Source of the DNA: Ginglymostoma cirratum
Lineage: Eukaryota
Assembly: GCA_024137785.1 (NCBI GenBank)
Contig: JAHRHZ010000012.1
Location: forward strand, 72,130,958-72,194,957
Reading direction: 5' to 3'
DNA length: 64,000 nt
The translations under genes and the position numbers were made by a program. The notes below the pieces were generated by a model. It was not told the DNA's origin. It worked only from the letters and a program-made list of their open reading frames with translations, and made no database searches. Of this stretch, positions 26,377 to 38,619 are shown one piece after another; position 1 is the first letter of the stretch; each line of letters opens with the position of its first letter.

Positions 26377-27300
26377 TCATACCCATACAGGGCCATTTCC
26401 ATCATTCCAGCACCAAACATTGTCCTCTGAATTAAATTGTCTCTCGCTTAGAGGCAGCATGTGGCATTCCTGCTGTTGATTCACCCTGCCCCCCAGTTCT
26501 GGGAATATCAGGTTTAACCTGGTGTGGAGTCTTCTCCCCATCAGCTGCTCTGCTGGGGATATTCTTATAGTTGTGTAATGTGTGGTTCTATGATCGAACA
26601 GGAACCTGGACAGTTTAATATCAATTGACGCTGTAGGCTGCTTCTTTAAGCCTGCCTTCAATGTCTGGACTGCTCTTTCCGCTAGACCGTTGGACGATGG
26701 ATGGTATGAAGCTGGCCTTATATGCCAAATGCCATTTGACTTTATGAAATATTCAAATTCCCTGCTCGTAAGTGATGTGCCATTGTCTGTGACCAATATT
26801 TCCAGGAGTCCTTGTACTGCGGATGATGCTTGCAGCCTCTCAATCGTCATACCTGAGTTTGTCAAACTAACTTTGTGCGCGTCCAACCACTTTGAATAGG
26901 CATCCATGATGACCAGGAACATTGAGCCCATGAAAGGGCGGGCATAGTTGACATGCAACTGAGTCCAGGGTTTTCCTGCCCATTTCCACAAATGTCAGGG
27001 TGCTGCTTGTGGTAATCTTTGTCCTTGCTGGCAAACTGAGCACTGCCCACCAATGCAGCTATGTCAGCATCCAACCCCAACCACTAGACATAGCTTCTTG
27101 CTGGCATCTTCATCTTGGAAGCCCCTGGATGACCCTGGTGGAGTTCAGCCAGTATCTGGTGGTGACTTTTACTTGGGACAGCCACCCTTGCTCCCTGTAG
27201 TAAAATGAAGTTCTCTACGGTGATCTGGTCTCACCGGGCTAAAAAGGATTTCAATCTTGGTTGCAATGGCCCTTCTGTTTCCCCCATTACCACCAGCTGT
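26377..27300 (-). pseudogene. Gypsy integrase remnant
   Basis: 204-aa ORF with the rve core (first catalytic D appears as N in LHVNYA; TDNG; ERAVQ). Frameshifted H-H-C-C zinc finger upstream (ELHQGHPG...C..C). Confidence 0.9.
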
Positions 27301-27575
27301 TTTAGTTTCACTAGGATTGAATCTTTTTAGGTCCACAGTCGGATATTCTCAGCAGTGACTTGAAGGATGTTCAGGAAGTTTAAAACCAAAACAGACTATT
27401 CCAGGGGTGACACCACCAGTGGAGTATTTGCCAGTGGGAGGCTGCTTAAGGCATCAGCATTAGCCACTTGGCTTCCTAAATGGTGTTCTAACCTGTATGT
27501 GCTGAGAATAAGGGCCCAACACTGAATTCTACCAGAAACTATGGGAGGCACCGCCTTGTCTTCCTTCAGTAGCCC

Positions 27576-27866
27576 TCATTGGGGTTTGTGATCTGTTACT
27601 ACGACACATTCCTGTCTGTAAAGGTACTGGTGGAATTTCTTCACACCAAAGGTGACTACCAAACCTTTCTGCTTTATCTGGGAGTATTTGCATTCAGCTT
27701 CAGCCAAAGTCTGGGAAGCACACGCTATTGGGCATTCCTCTCCATTGGGCCACCAGTGAGCCAACAGCACCCCAATACTGTATGGGGAGGCATTGCACGT
27801 CAGCACTATCTCTCGCTTTGAATCATAGTGGGACAACACCTTAGATAACGGTAGCTGCTTTTTCAC
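27576..27866 (-). pseudogene. Gypsy RNase H remnant
   Basis: VLSHYDSKREIVLTCNASPYSIGVLL...ASQTLAEAECKYSQIKQKGLVVTFGVKKFHQYLY...TDHKP. Confidence 0.9.
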
Positions 27867-28121
27867 TTCCCTAAAGGCTACTTCTTGGCTACGTGACTAT
27901 TTCCAAAGCGAACCCTTATTCAGTAGCAAGTATAACAGTGCCAAGATGGAAAGCAGGTTACATATGAATAATTCACAAGCCCAAGGAAAGACCTAAGCTC
28001 CAGTGCAGGCGTGGGAACCAGGGCTCTTTGATCGCCATCACTTTATCTACCAACAGGTGTAACTCGGATTTAACTCAGAGGGGTGCTTGCAAATTCTCAG
28101 AATTGCTTTCTGGTAAACATG

Positions 28122-28598
28122 TTAAGTGGCTTTGGAGCTTTTGATGGTCCCAAGCCCTTCCTGAAATATTCCTGGGTATTTCACTAGGACTTCACTGAGG
28201 CAGCCATTTTCTAATCGAAAAGTTTTGAGCCAATCCAGGTGAATCTTTCTCAACAAAATCCACCCCAATAAGCTTGGGCCTGAGCCTTTTACTACCATCA
28301 GTGGCAACTGCTTCTCATAGGAGACTGGGACCGAAGTCGTATCCTTGATCTGCAATTGTTCCCCGGTGTATCTTCTCAGTCTGGCTGAGGTCTTGTGCAA
28401 ATTTAAGGGTTGGCGTCCTGAGCAAATCTTGTTAAAGACCAATTCCGCAATCACAGTTACAGCTGCGCTGGTATTGACCTCCATAGAAACTGGGTGACCA
28501 CTTAAACAAACATTCATTTTAATTGGTTCCAATTTCTGTGTCACTAAGAAATTGAATTGTTCCATCCAACATGTAGGGGGACTTCCTAGGGTGTGCAT
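28122..28598 (-). pseudogene. Gypsy aspartic protease remnant
   Basis: MEVNTSAAVTVI (decayed DTGA), GSGPSLLGW..L (LLGR..L) and YPGIFQEGLG. Confidence 0.85.
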
Positions 28599-29488
28599 TC
28601 TCCTGGGTAATGGCCTACAAGTCTTATTTTACTCAAGTCAGGCCTTGTAGGGCTCCTTACCATCTCAAGTCAGCTAACTGGCAGCAACTACAATGGCTTG
28701 CCTACCCAGATTCTGAAGAAATTTTTAGCCACTTGGCCAAAGGTCAGCTTTGTTATGGGGTTCTGCTGTGGGCTGGCCAAGGGTCCCTCTGCTCAGGATA
28801 TGCCCTGCGTGAGGCTCCGCAATTGCTTACACGCAAGTGGTGTTCCCCATTCTCAGTCAGAGAGATGAGGGAGTCCACTTCCATTGTCCTGTAGCTCCCA
28901 TACTGCACTTACTGCATTTTCTAATGACAACACCAGTCATACTGCCTGTTTGATGTCCAGTTGGGCTTCAGTTAGTAGGTGCTTCTGCATTGTTACATCG
29001 TTAATCTTACATAGTAAATGGTCTCTCAGCATCTCATTCAGTGTTAATCCAAAATCACACACTTCTGCCAGTTGTCTTAACCTCATCAAAAATCCCAATA
29101 CGGATTCTGCTGGTTCTCTAACTGCTGAATAAATAGCGTCTCAGAATTAGAGGAGGTTTGGGGTCTTAATATTCCTTAACCAACTCTGTCAACTCTTGGA
29201 GATTTTTGTGTCTGGTGCATCTGGGAAAGTTAACCCCCTTATAACTGAGAATGCTGCAAGTCTAGAAGCTGTCAGAAGGATTACTTGTTGCTTTTCATCT
29301 GCCCCAATGTCATTTGCACAGGAAAAAATCACATTCTTTCCACATACTGGGTCCAGCCTTTGACAGCATGATTGAATGTGTCAAGCTTCCCAAATAAAGG
29401 CATGATGCCAGAATTGCTTACCTCGACTCCAAGATGACTGTAGCAAGCGAATATTCTCCAGACACATCCTACTTTCTCATGTTGCCAC

Positions 29489-29713
29489 TAAATAACTGCA
29501 CAGAGACAGGTATCCCATCACCAAGTCACCCTTTATTCACTTGTACACAGTGCACTGGCTGTGGCCAGCAACCTCGGAGACATTTGCCTGAACTAAGGAT
29601 ATTCTTATCTCCTGGTTATATTAGTCAGCCAGGGCTTTCCTGATTGTTCCAGGTTAACAACCCCAATCAATGACCTTGTAGTCAATGAAGTCAACCTGGT
29701 TCCAATCACTGCA
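29489..29713 (-). repeat. 5' LTR of the Gypsy element
   Basis: 29509-29713 aligns with 25772-25975. The minus strand begins TG(C)AGTGATTGGAACC and contains a TATA-like atataacc and a decayed polyA signal. Confidence 0.88.
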
Positions 29714-30286
29714 CTTATGTAACAAAATCAACATGTTTTCTGTCCAGTATCAGTTAGTATGGATTATTTTTCTTTGAATAACCCAGTTCTAACTTTTCTC
29801 ATTTGTAATGGTTCCTGCACCTCAGAAGATGAAATTCTAAAACCTGATTCTTGCTGAAAACTTGAAATATGGTCATTGCTATAACAAACCTTGCTCCAGC
29901 TTTGCAGTCTATCTAGTCTAGTTCAATTGTTTTACATAAAATACATATCTCTGAGAAAGTCCAAATGTTACTTGCAGGTGGTTGGCAATTTTTCCCCTTT
30001 TGGGTGCTGTCCAATAGCAAACTAATGTGTATCCTCAAACATAACCATGGTCCACAAAGATGATGAGATTGCTTTGAATCCATTTAGTATTGAACTTCTT
30101 TGGCAGCTTATAAATGTACACTTTGGACTGAATGGAGTTAGGTCAGTTCTGAAGGCGCTTAGAAATAGTTGGCTGGGCCCATGTGCAGAAGTTTTGGCCC
30201 ATATTTTTGCTGGCAAGAGGAAAGGATCAGGCGTGAGTCACACCTTTGGGAAATTCAAATTCAGCAGGGTCATTTAAACTAGTAAA

Positions 30287-30510
30287 ATAGAACAAAGAAC
30301 TGCAGATGCTGGAGATCTGAGATGAAAACAGAAATTGCTGGCAAAACTCAGCAGGATTGGCAGCAATCGGGAGAAAAAGCAAAGTTAACATTTCAAGTCC
30401 TTTTCATCAGAACTGGTTCTGATGAAGTGTCATCAGACTCGAAATGTTAACTCCGCTTTTGTCCTGGAAATGCTGACCAACCTACTGAGTTTTGCCAACA
30501 ATTTCTGTGC
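30287..30510. mobile_element. Palindromic Penelope-derived element with hammerhead-like cores on both strands
   Basis: Arms cagaaattgctggcaaaactcagcagg and cctactgagttttgccaacaatttctg. CTGATGA-agtgtcatcagactc-GAAA at 30419-30444, with a shortened mirror copy at 30384-30410. Confidence 0.8.
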
Positions 30511-30796
30511 TGAGTTCGTTCTCACTGTTCCAAAGACCTTAATCCACAGTGTGTGATTCACAAAATGATGGAATAGACATGAAGACATAGGAATAGGGGC
30601 AGACTATTTAGTCCTTTGAGCTTACTCATTGTTCATTTAGTTCATGGCTGATCTTTTATGTCATGCTTGAAGAGTGGATAAGGTCAGTTAACATGTCATG
30701 ATCTGAAGTCATTTAAATCTGTATCCAATGAAAATGAAAAGATATGAGCTTCAGCTATGAGTTAGAGTAATGAAAAACTAAATCCACTACTGGCGT

Positions 30797-30996
30797 AACA
30801 AGGTGTGGAGCTGAATGAACACAGCAGGCCAAGCAGCATCATAGGAGCAGGAAAGCTTGACGTTTCGGGGCCTAGACCCTTCATCAAATACGTCAAGCTT
30901 TCCTGCTCCTATGATGCGGCTTGGCCTGCTGTGTTCATCCAGCTCCACACCTTGTTATCTCGGATTCTCCAGCATCTGCAGTACCTATTATCTCTC
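30797..30996. mobile_element. Young palindromic Penelope-derived element flanked by a 14-bp target-site duplication
   Basis: Near-perfect arms of about 67 bp (aacaaggtgtggagctg...aagcttgacgt and its reverse complement). tccactactggcgt occurs at 30783-30796 and 30997-31010. Confidence 0.9.
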
Positions 30997-31805
30997 TCCA
31001 CTACTGGCGTGTATTGATTGCCAGGTCATTCAACTAAGAGAAAAAGAAAGATTACCATCTGTTCCTACTGTTTTAATAAATGTCATTGTTGATAATTCCC
31101 AAAGTTTGTCATTTTAACTAAGCCCACTACGAATCCTTGGCTGAGTTTCAAAAGCTCCATAATCACTTACATCAAAGAGGTGCCTGTGTTCATATTTTAA
31201 TTGATAGTTTTAAGAGTATTGTCCTTGATTTAGTTACTAAAAGAAATTTTGTTTGTCTTTAAAACAGACTGATCACTTGAGGGAGTTTAAAACTTTAAAT
31301 GTGTTCTAAGAATGAGATTTGTTTTCAATATCAAGTGTGTACAATTGAGATCTCTTGTACGTTATTAGAAGTTTAATTATCATTTTCATTTCCACATGGT
31401 TTCTGAGGTCTGATCGTAGTGGATAATGTATAAGGTGCTGTGTAGATGGCATGGGGAGGTATGAGATAGATATGAAGGCAACGTAGAGGAATGATGTAAC
31501 ATGGAGATATTATGAGTTATGAATGAGAAATAAGGTGGAAGGAGGTGAGTGGTGAGGCCGATAGAGTCTTACATTTTTAAAACTTGGCCAACGATGAGAG
31601 AACCAAGGCAAGATTTCTGACCAGCTTCCTCAACACTGGTCGGTCTCCATGACTGCCTCTGAACAGTCTCCAAAGGTAGAAGGCCTGGTTGAATCACTGG
31701 TCTTCCCCTCTAAGTTAAGTGGAAAATGTGTGTGTTAGGCTTGTTTCAAAAGAAACAGGACTTCCAAGTCAGGAGATTTCCTGACTCAAGCATTCCACCT
31801 CCATA

Positions 31806-33254
31806 AGAAACCCTTGTGAACATTTAAATGAAAGGTCAATATGCACTGTTTGTTGTTTTGACAGGGGTTTCATGTAAAATAGGTCAGGTCTTTCCAATAC
31901 CTTCCCACCATCTTTCCACCTAACCCTGAGCTCATCCCTATAAGGTAACACTAACACCATAGGGTTTGGAATTGATCATTGAGGAGAGTCAACTTAAGAG
32001 TCAACTCAGTTTCAACTGAATCCTGACTGCAGGAATGGCAAAATGTAAAAGCGCGCAATCACTTAAGTATTCTTGTCTGATTAATGTTCCCTTGACAACT
32101 TTATGAGATTGTAAATGTTAATGCATCTGGTTATATGCACATCTAATTGGTATATTTTCTCTTGTGTATCAGGGTAGAACCCATTGAGCACTCGTTTTAG
32201 TACATGGTCTATCATTGTGGCTCTTATGGTTTTAAAATGCCAATGGCTCAGGTCCTTCTTAGTTGGAATTTTGCCAAGCACTTTCTCCTCGATCCTGTAG
32301 CCAACCCATGTTTAAATTAGTTGGGAATAGGGCAAATGGAAATGTTAAAAAAAAGCAGTTATATGAATAAAATGTAAATACAAAACACACAGCTCTCAAG
32401 CTTACATCATCAGTTTCACTATTACAAACATGCAATGGCCAACAACATCCATAAATTTCTGAAAATGTATGTGGTTGCTGGAGGTGTCAGGCAGCTATCT
32501 CCCCATGGGCTGATTAAAGTCCTTAAGTGATCAGTTAATGGCAGCTTCAGCTGTGCAGACTAGTGTTGGGCAAGGGAAGGATCTCTTTTGTGGATTTCCT
32601 GAGTTCATCACTGGTATCAGTCCACCTCCCCACCATTAACCTCCCCTTTAACTGTCCCATGGCCTTTTTGAACCCAGTCCCCTCAGAACTACTCAACACC
32701 TTCTGGGAACCGCAACCCCAGAAATACCTGGACTCTTTGGAATGGCTGGACCATGTGTAGTTCTGCAGCAGCTACAGATCCCAGCTGACATTGCTGGGAT
32801 TACAGAAGTATTGGTCAATCTGAACTAGTACTTCCTATTAAGATAGGTTGAGAAGCTCTGCCTTAAAGCAACTAATTATCCTCCCGAATTTTTGCTGCTT
32901 TTCTAGAGTCTCTGGACCTTGATGAATGGATGGGTGTATGAAATACTCCCAGGGACATATCTTAACAAAGTTAATGCCATTGCTAAAATGCCGAAGGGAA
33001 CAAAAGAGAAAGTAATATTATGCACTCAGTTGTCACAATGTTTGATGGCCTAAAAGAAATTGTGGTGCGAGAGAAGCCCTTGTGAACATTTAAATGGAAG
33101 GTCAATATGCACTGTTTGTTGTTTTTACCGGAGTTTCATGTAAAATAGATCAGGTCTTTTTATAATCTTCCCATTATCTTTCCACCTCACCCTGAGCTCA
33201 CCCCCATAAGCTAACACTAACACCATAGGGCTTGGAATTGATCATTAAGGAGAG
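31806..33254 (+). repeat. Direct repeat of about 183 bp (31806-31988 and 33072-33254)
   Basis: agaa(a/g)cccttgtgaacatttaaatg(a/g)aaggtcaatatgcactgtttgttg...aacactaacaccataggg(t/c)ttggaattgatcatt(g/a)aggagag occurs twice. Confidence 0.93.
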
Positions 33255-34880
33255 CACTTAGAAACTTCAAGGTAATCAAGAAGAGTCAGCAGAGTTTTGT
33301 GAAAGAGAAATATTATTTAATATTTTTGGTGTTCTTTGCAGGAGTAGCATATGCTATGGACAAAAGTAGTTGGATTTCCAGAGGATATTTGACAAAGTGC
33401 ATGTGAATAGTTTTTGCATGAAATGGAATCACAGGGTTTAGGAATAACACGTTGGCATGGACAGAAAATTGGCTGGCTAACAGAAAACAAAGCATATACA
33501 TATATGGATCATTTTCCAAAAGGCAGGATGTGATCAGTAGGTTCCTCCAGAGGTCTGTGCTGGAGCCTCAACATTTTATCATTTTTATCAACGACTTTGA
33601 TGAGGGGATAACATCATGGCAGCTAAAGTTAAGGATGACACAAAGATAAGTAGGAAATGTGTTATGAAGAGGGCATATAATGCAGCAGGAGGATATAGAT
33701 ATGACGAATGAGTGGACAACAATCTGGTGGATGGAGTATTATGGGGAAAATGTGAGGCTATTCGCTTTGACAGGAAGAATAAAAAAGCAGGATATTATTT
33801 AAATTGAAAGCAACTGCAGAATTCTGTGGTGTAGATGAGTGTAGGAATTCTAGTGCATCATAAACATTAGTACGCAGGTACAGTAAGAACCTAAGGAGGG
33901 TTTTGAAGAGGAGGAATAGGACTTGAAACGTTAACTCTGTTTCTCTTTCCTGCTGAGTTTTTCCAGCATTTCCTGTTTTTATTTCAAATCTCCTGCACTA
34001 TTTTGCTTCAAATCAAGAAAGCCATTGCGGTGGTATCCATTATTATGAGAGGTATTGAGCATAAAATCAGAATGTTCTATTTCAGTTATATAGGGCCTTG
34101 ATGAGACCACATCTTGAATACTGTGTACTACCTCGATCCCCTTATTTAAGGAAGAATATAAATGCTTGAGAGCAAAGCAGAGGATCTTTACTTGATTGAA
34201 ACCTGCAAGTTATCTTATGATGATCAGTTGGAAAGGATGGACTTGTTCTCACTAGAGTTTAGAATATTAAGGTGCGATTGATAGAAGTTTTTAAGGCCCT
34301 GAACAGTTTTGACAAGTCGAGGAGTAAATGATGTTTCCTCTGTGGGTAAGTCCAGGACTTGGGGCAGCTGGTTTAAAATTAGGGGTAGACCTTACAGGGC
34401 AGAGATGAAAAATGTTGTCTCTCAGAGGGTTATGCAACTTTGGCACACACTGTCTCAGCAAGTGGTGTAAGCAGGATTATTGAATACTTTTAAGGTAGAT
34501 GTAAATAGATTTTTGAAATGCAAGGAAGTCAAAGATTATTGTGAGTGGACAAAAAATTCAAAGAACTGCAAATGCTGGAAATCAGAAACAAACACAGAAA
34601 TTGCTGGGAATACTCAGCATGTCCGACAGCATTTGTGGAGAAAGCAGAGTTAATGTGCTGAAGAAAGGTCACTGAATCCAAAACTTTAACTCTGCTTTCT
34701 CTGTACAGATGCTGCCAGACCTGCTGAGTGTTCCCAGCAATTTCTGTTTTTATTATCAAGAGTAGGTTGGAATGTGGAATTCAAAACACAAATAGATTGA
34801 TCATAATTATATTGAATGGCAGAGCAGGATTGGAGGGCTAAGTGAGCTACTTCAGTACTCAGTATCTTTTTATCTATGTT
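33255..34880 (+). mobile_element. CR1 LINE 3' half (RT to tail), with nested Penelope-derived inserts at about 33900-34010 and 34555-34755
   Basis: HLE..VIKKSQQSFVK, AWTENWLANRKQ...LQRSVLEPQHFIIFINDFDEG, LYRALMRPHLEYCV, and the tail attgaatggcagagcagg. Confidence 0.88.
34555..34755. mobile_element. Palindromic Penelope-derived element
   Basis: Arms acagaaattgctgggaatactcagca and tgctgagtgttcccagcaatttctgt. Centre ctgaagaaaggtcactgaatccaaaac is a decayed core. Confidence 0.8.
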
Positions 34881-36339
34881 TGTATTAACCTTTACTTTTG
34901 AGTGAGAGTTTGATGCTGTGTGAACAGCAAAAACTTCTTTATTTCATTTTCCATCTGTAAACAACCTTACGTGAAAAACAATCACTTACATCTTTTAAGA
35001 ATAACTTGAAAGCAGTTTGTGCATATATATGTTGTAGGATAAGCTGTGCTAATACTATAAAAAGTAAAATCTATAAACATTAATATGATCTAGTAGGAAA
35101 CTGTACACCCCTGAAAGTCAACGATGGCAAATTCAGATAACCTGTGATTTCTTCAGAACATCGTTTGCAGTTTCCATTTTTTTTCCATTGTTGGACGTCA
35201 CCAGTGCTAAATATAGGCCAACAAAATGAGATTGCTATGGTGCATAGAGCTCTATTTTTAAATGTGTGCCCAGACATAGCAATTGCTTCAGAAAGCAACC
35301 ACAATTTTATTAGACTGGAGCTTTCTTTTCCAATGTGGCTATGTAACAAAGTTTCTGTGTATTGATTTAAAGTGAGATCCTGGTGCATTCATCTTGAATT
35401 CAGAGATGAACTTTTAATGACTTGAATGGTAAGAGCAACAGAATGCAACAAACAATTTAGTAAATATCTACGTGTGCTGACTTGGAGAAACACAGCCATA
35501 ATTCATTGTTGTTAGTGAATATGAATATGCCAAGCAAGTGTTGGCAATAGGAACTTTTCCCAAGACCAGTTATTTACATTTGCTTTTAAAAATGTTTCTT
35601 TTGGGCTGGTTAGTCAAGGTTTTCCATTTTGGGGAATGCAACACTTTGCACTTTTAGTAACTAATTTCAGAAACATTGCCTATCACTTCAATTCATGATT
35701 AAACATTGAGGTATCCAGAACCTTTTGATAAAATTGGAAGCTTCATGGGAGGAACAAATTGTATTTGAAGAAGAATACCAGCCTGTCCATTGACACACAT
35801 AAATATAATGGCCATGTAGAAGACAAATTGAGGATTGAGATAGATAAAAGGATTAAGATGGATTATTAAAAGAGTACAGGTGCACAGACTGGAGTTGCTC
35901 ACTAACATGCATCTCAAAAAAAGGATGGATTATTGATCCACACTTCCTAAATGCAGCTTTGATGAGATGCCCTTCCAAAATATCCACTTTCAAAGAGTCA
36001 ATGTAAGATTTGTAAGTGCAAAATTCTTTGTGAAGTTTAACTGCAAACAAGGTTGCTGGTCAGTACGTCATATGGAGGGCTCCCAAGATTTCACAACATT
36101 CAATACCCAATTTGGGTGATTCTGTTTTCAATGACTTCCCTTTAGACTATATATCAGCCAAGATTTCTTTCAAGGTCATATGGACCATATTGTAGCCACT
36201 GTGTGAGGATGCATCTGTATCAGCATTACATTCCTGTGTTATGATAGAAAAAGCAAAGCAAGAACATGGCTATAATCTGAATGGATCTGAAATGTCACAG
36301 CATTGTGTCACTGATCAATTTGGCAACATTGAGGGGATA

Positions 36340-36740
36340 GCATTCTGCTTTATTGGCATCATACCCACAAGCATTCACTCTGTTCATCACTGATACTCAG
36401 TAGCTGCAATGTGAACTATCTCTAAGATGCACTGCAGAAATTCATCAAGGATCCTAAGACAGCACCTTCTAAACCCACAACCACTTCTGTCTAGAAGGAC
36501 AAGAGCTGCTGATACATGGGAACACTACCATCATCTGCAATTTCTCCTCCAAGTTACTCATCATCTTGATTTGGAATTATATCACCATTCCTTCACTGTC
36601 ACTGGGATAAAATCTTGGAAATCCCTCCTTAAGAGCACAATTTGGTGCAACAGTTCAAAAAGGCAGCTCACCACCACCTTCTCAAGTGGCTGATTAGTGC
36701 TGGCCCAGTCAGTGAAGCCCACATCCCTTGAATGAATAAC
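36340..36740 (+). mobile_element. CR1-clade LINE 3' tail fragment
   Basis: aagatgcactgcagaaattcatcaagg...gcagctcaccaccaccttctcaag...cacatcccttgaatgaataa. Same family as 16050-16915. Confidence 0.8.
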
Positions 36741-38619
36741 AAGACAACTTTTTAGTTCCTTTAATTCCCATACAGGAATATGTCCTTAACCAAGTAAAGT
36801 AGAGAACATAAAAGCCTTGCCAGCTGCTCAAGACAAGGAAAATCTTTGATGATATCAATGTCTCTTTATTATTTTTCCAATTTCACTCGAAGTCTTCAGC
36901 CCCAAGGGAATTATTGAGAAAGAGCTTGTCTTTCCAACGATGAGAAACACTACCATCTCTTCAAAACACTGAAACAGTCACTGTCAGAAGCATCAGCTTG
37001 TAAATTTACCACCCGACAGAGACAACATGCCTGGAGATCCACAGCAACATTGTTAACTCTTAACTGGCCCCTGAAATGGGCTAGCAAAAGCCACAGTTGT
37101 TCTAAAAAAAGCAGCTGACCACCACCTTCTCTAGGGTCCTGAGGGATGGGTGATAATTGCTTGCTCTGCCAACAATGCTAATATCTTTTGAATGAACAAA
37201 AAAAAACTCCACCATTGGTAGCTGTGCATTCAGCTGCCAAGGCCCTAAGCTAAATTCCCTCACTTAATCTCTGCACCTTTCTTTTCTCCTTTGAGGTGTT
37301 CATTGAAATCAACATAGTACAACCAAGCTTTATATCATCTGCCTTAATAGGTAGCTTGGTGCCAAATTTTGTTTGATGAAGCCCCTCCAAAGTGTCTTGC
37401 GGTGCTTTACTACATTATAGGCCCTACAGAAATACTAGTTGTAGCTCTTCAGTTAAATTCAGTTAAGTACAAAAGCTTTATGTTATTTCCCACCTCTTCT
37501 AGTGAAATAGTTAAATTATAAAGGTATGCTTACAGCTAGGATTTACTTTGATCATATTCAGTGAACTATAGCCATGAAAATTCACAATTATGTCTCCTAT
37601 ATTGTACAGGAAATTAAACAACAAAAAGTCTACCTTAACATCTATTCTCATGAACTTTGAACTTTTGAAAAATGACTTCTGACATAATAGGTAGTACTTA
37701 AAAGCATGATTTAATGCTTATCTGTGAGCAGGGAATAAGTTGGAGAAAGACTACAAGATTATACATATCGTCAGAAAATAAATCCTATCTATCCTGTGTT
37801 GAGTTTCTGTGAAAAGGCCATGTAAGTTTATTGGAGGTACTGATGAGGAAAAATGAACATAAAAGGAGGAAACAAGGAAAAACATTCCTACTTAAATGCT
37901 ATTTAGATCTTGTTAAAGGACAAAGTCTAGTGAGCGTAATAGCCAAATGCTTAGTGTAGTGAAAAAAACACTGCACACGCCTTCATTAATGATTCAGCAA
38001 CACTGGTTTCAATTTTCTCTCTGTTAAGGGGAGTGCCAGATAATCAATAAATCAGTTTCAAGGTCAGAAATATCTTCTCCTATGTCTGTCTGTCCACCTG
38101 CATCAGAAAAGTAATACAGCATGTTAAGGCTATGCTTTGCTTCATTGATTATAAAATTACAAGCTGGAAGAATATCCTGCTTAAGAAAAAATTTTTGTGA
38201 TACAAACTTGTACCTGTCTATTCTTTACAGAGAAGAGCTACACAGATATTTATGGTGTGAAGTTTATTTCTGTGTATTTTTATTGGTTTTAATAATACAT
38301 TTAAAATTAATATGGGGTGGTCGGCTTGCTCTCGATAATTGAGGCTTAGTTGTTTTTGAGTTATGCAGCAGAAAGAAGAAATAATGTTGTATTGGGATCA
38401 TTGATATTTTCCTTGTTCTCTCATCCAAATATAATACTATTTTCCATGGTGCAGCCTGAAAGAGGGAATGCCACCATTAAGAATCTTTCAACACCAGAGA
38501 ATAATTATTATATTCTGGAGCATCATATCTTTTGCTCCATCAGCTGCACATTTAGAAAAGCTCAATGCAATCAAACAGAGCCAACATTTTTTTTGTGAAA
38601 GGGAAATAATATTTGATGA

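Larger units (their letters stand above)
25632..29713 (-). mobile_element. Gypsy (Mag-like) LTR retrotransposon, defective, with most of RT deleted
   Basis: LTR copies at both ends. On the minus strand: PBS-like tggcaacatgag, gag remnant (about 29400-28880), protease MEVNTSAAVTVI, RNase H LTCNASPYSIG...VVTDHKP, integrase LHVNYARPF...VTDNG...SNGLAERAVQT, and a purine-rich PPT at 25976-25993. The order PR-RT-RH-IN is Gypsy-type. Confidence 0.93.

Noticed and set aside
26377-26991. 204-aa integrase ORF as a domesticated gene
   Set aside because: It is embedded in a decayed Gypsy element, the first catalytic Asp is replaced, and the adjacent domains are frameshifted.
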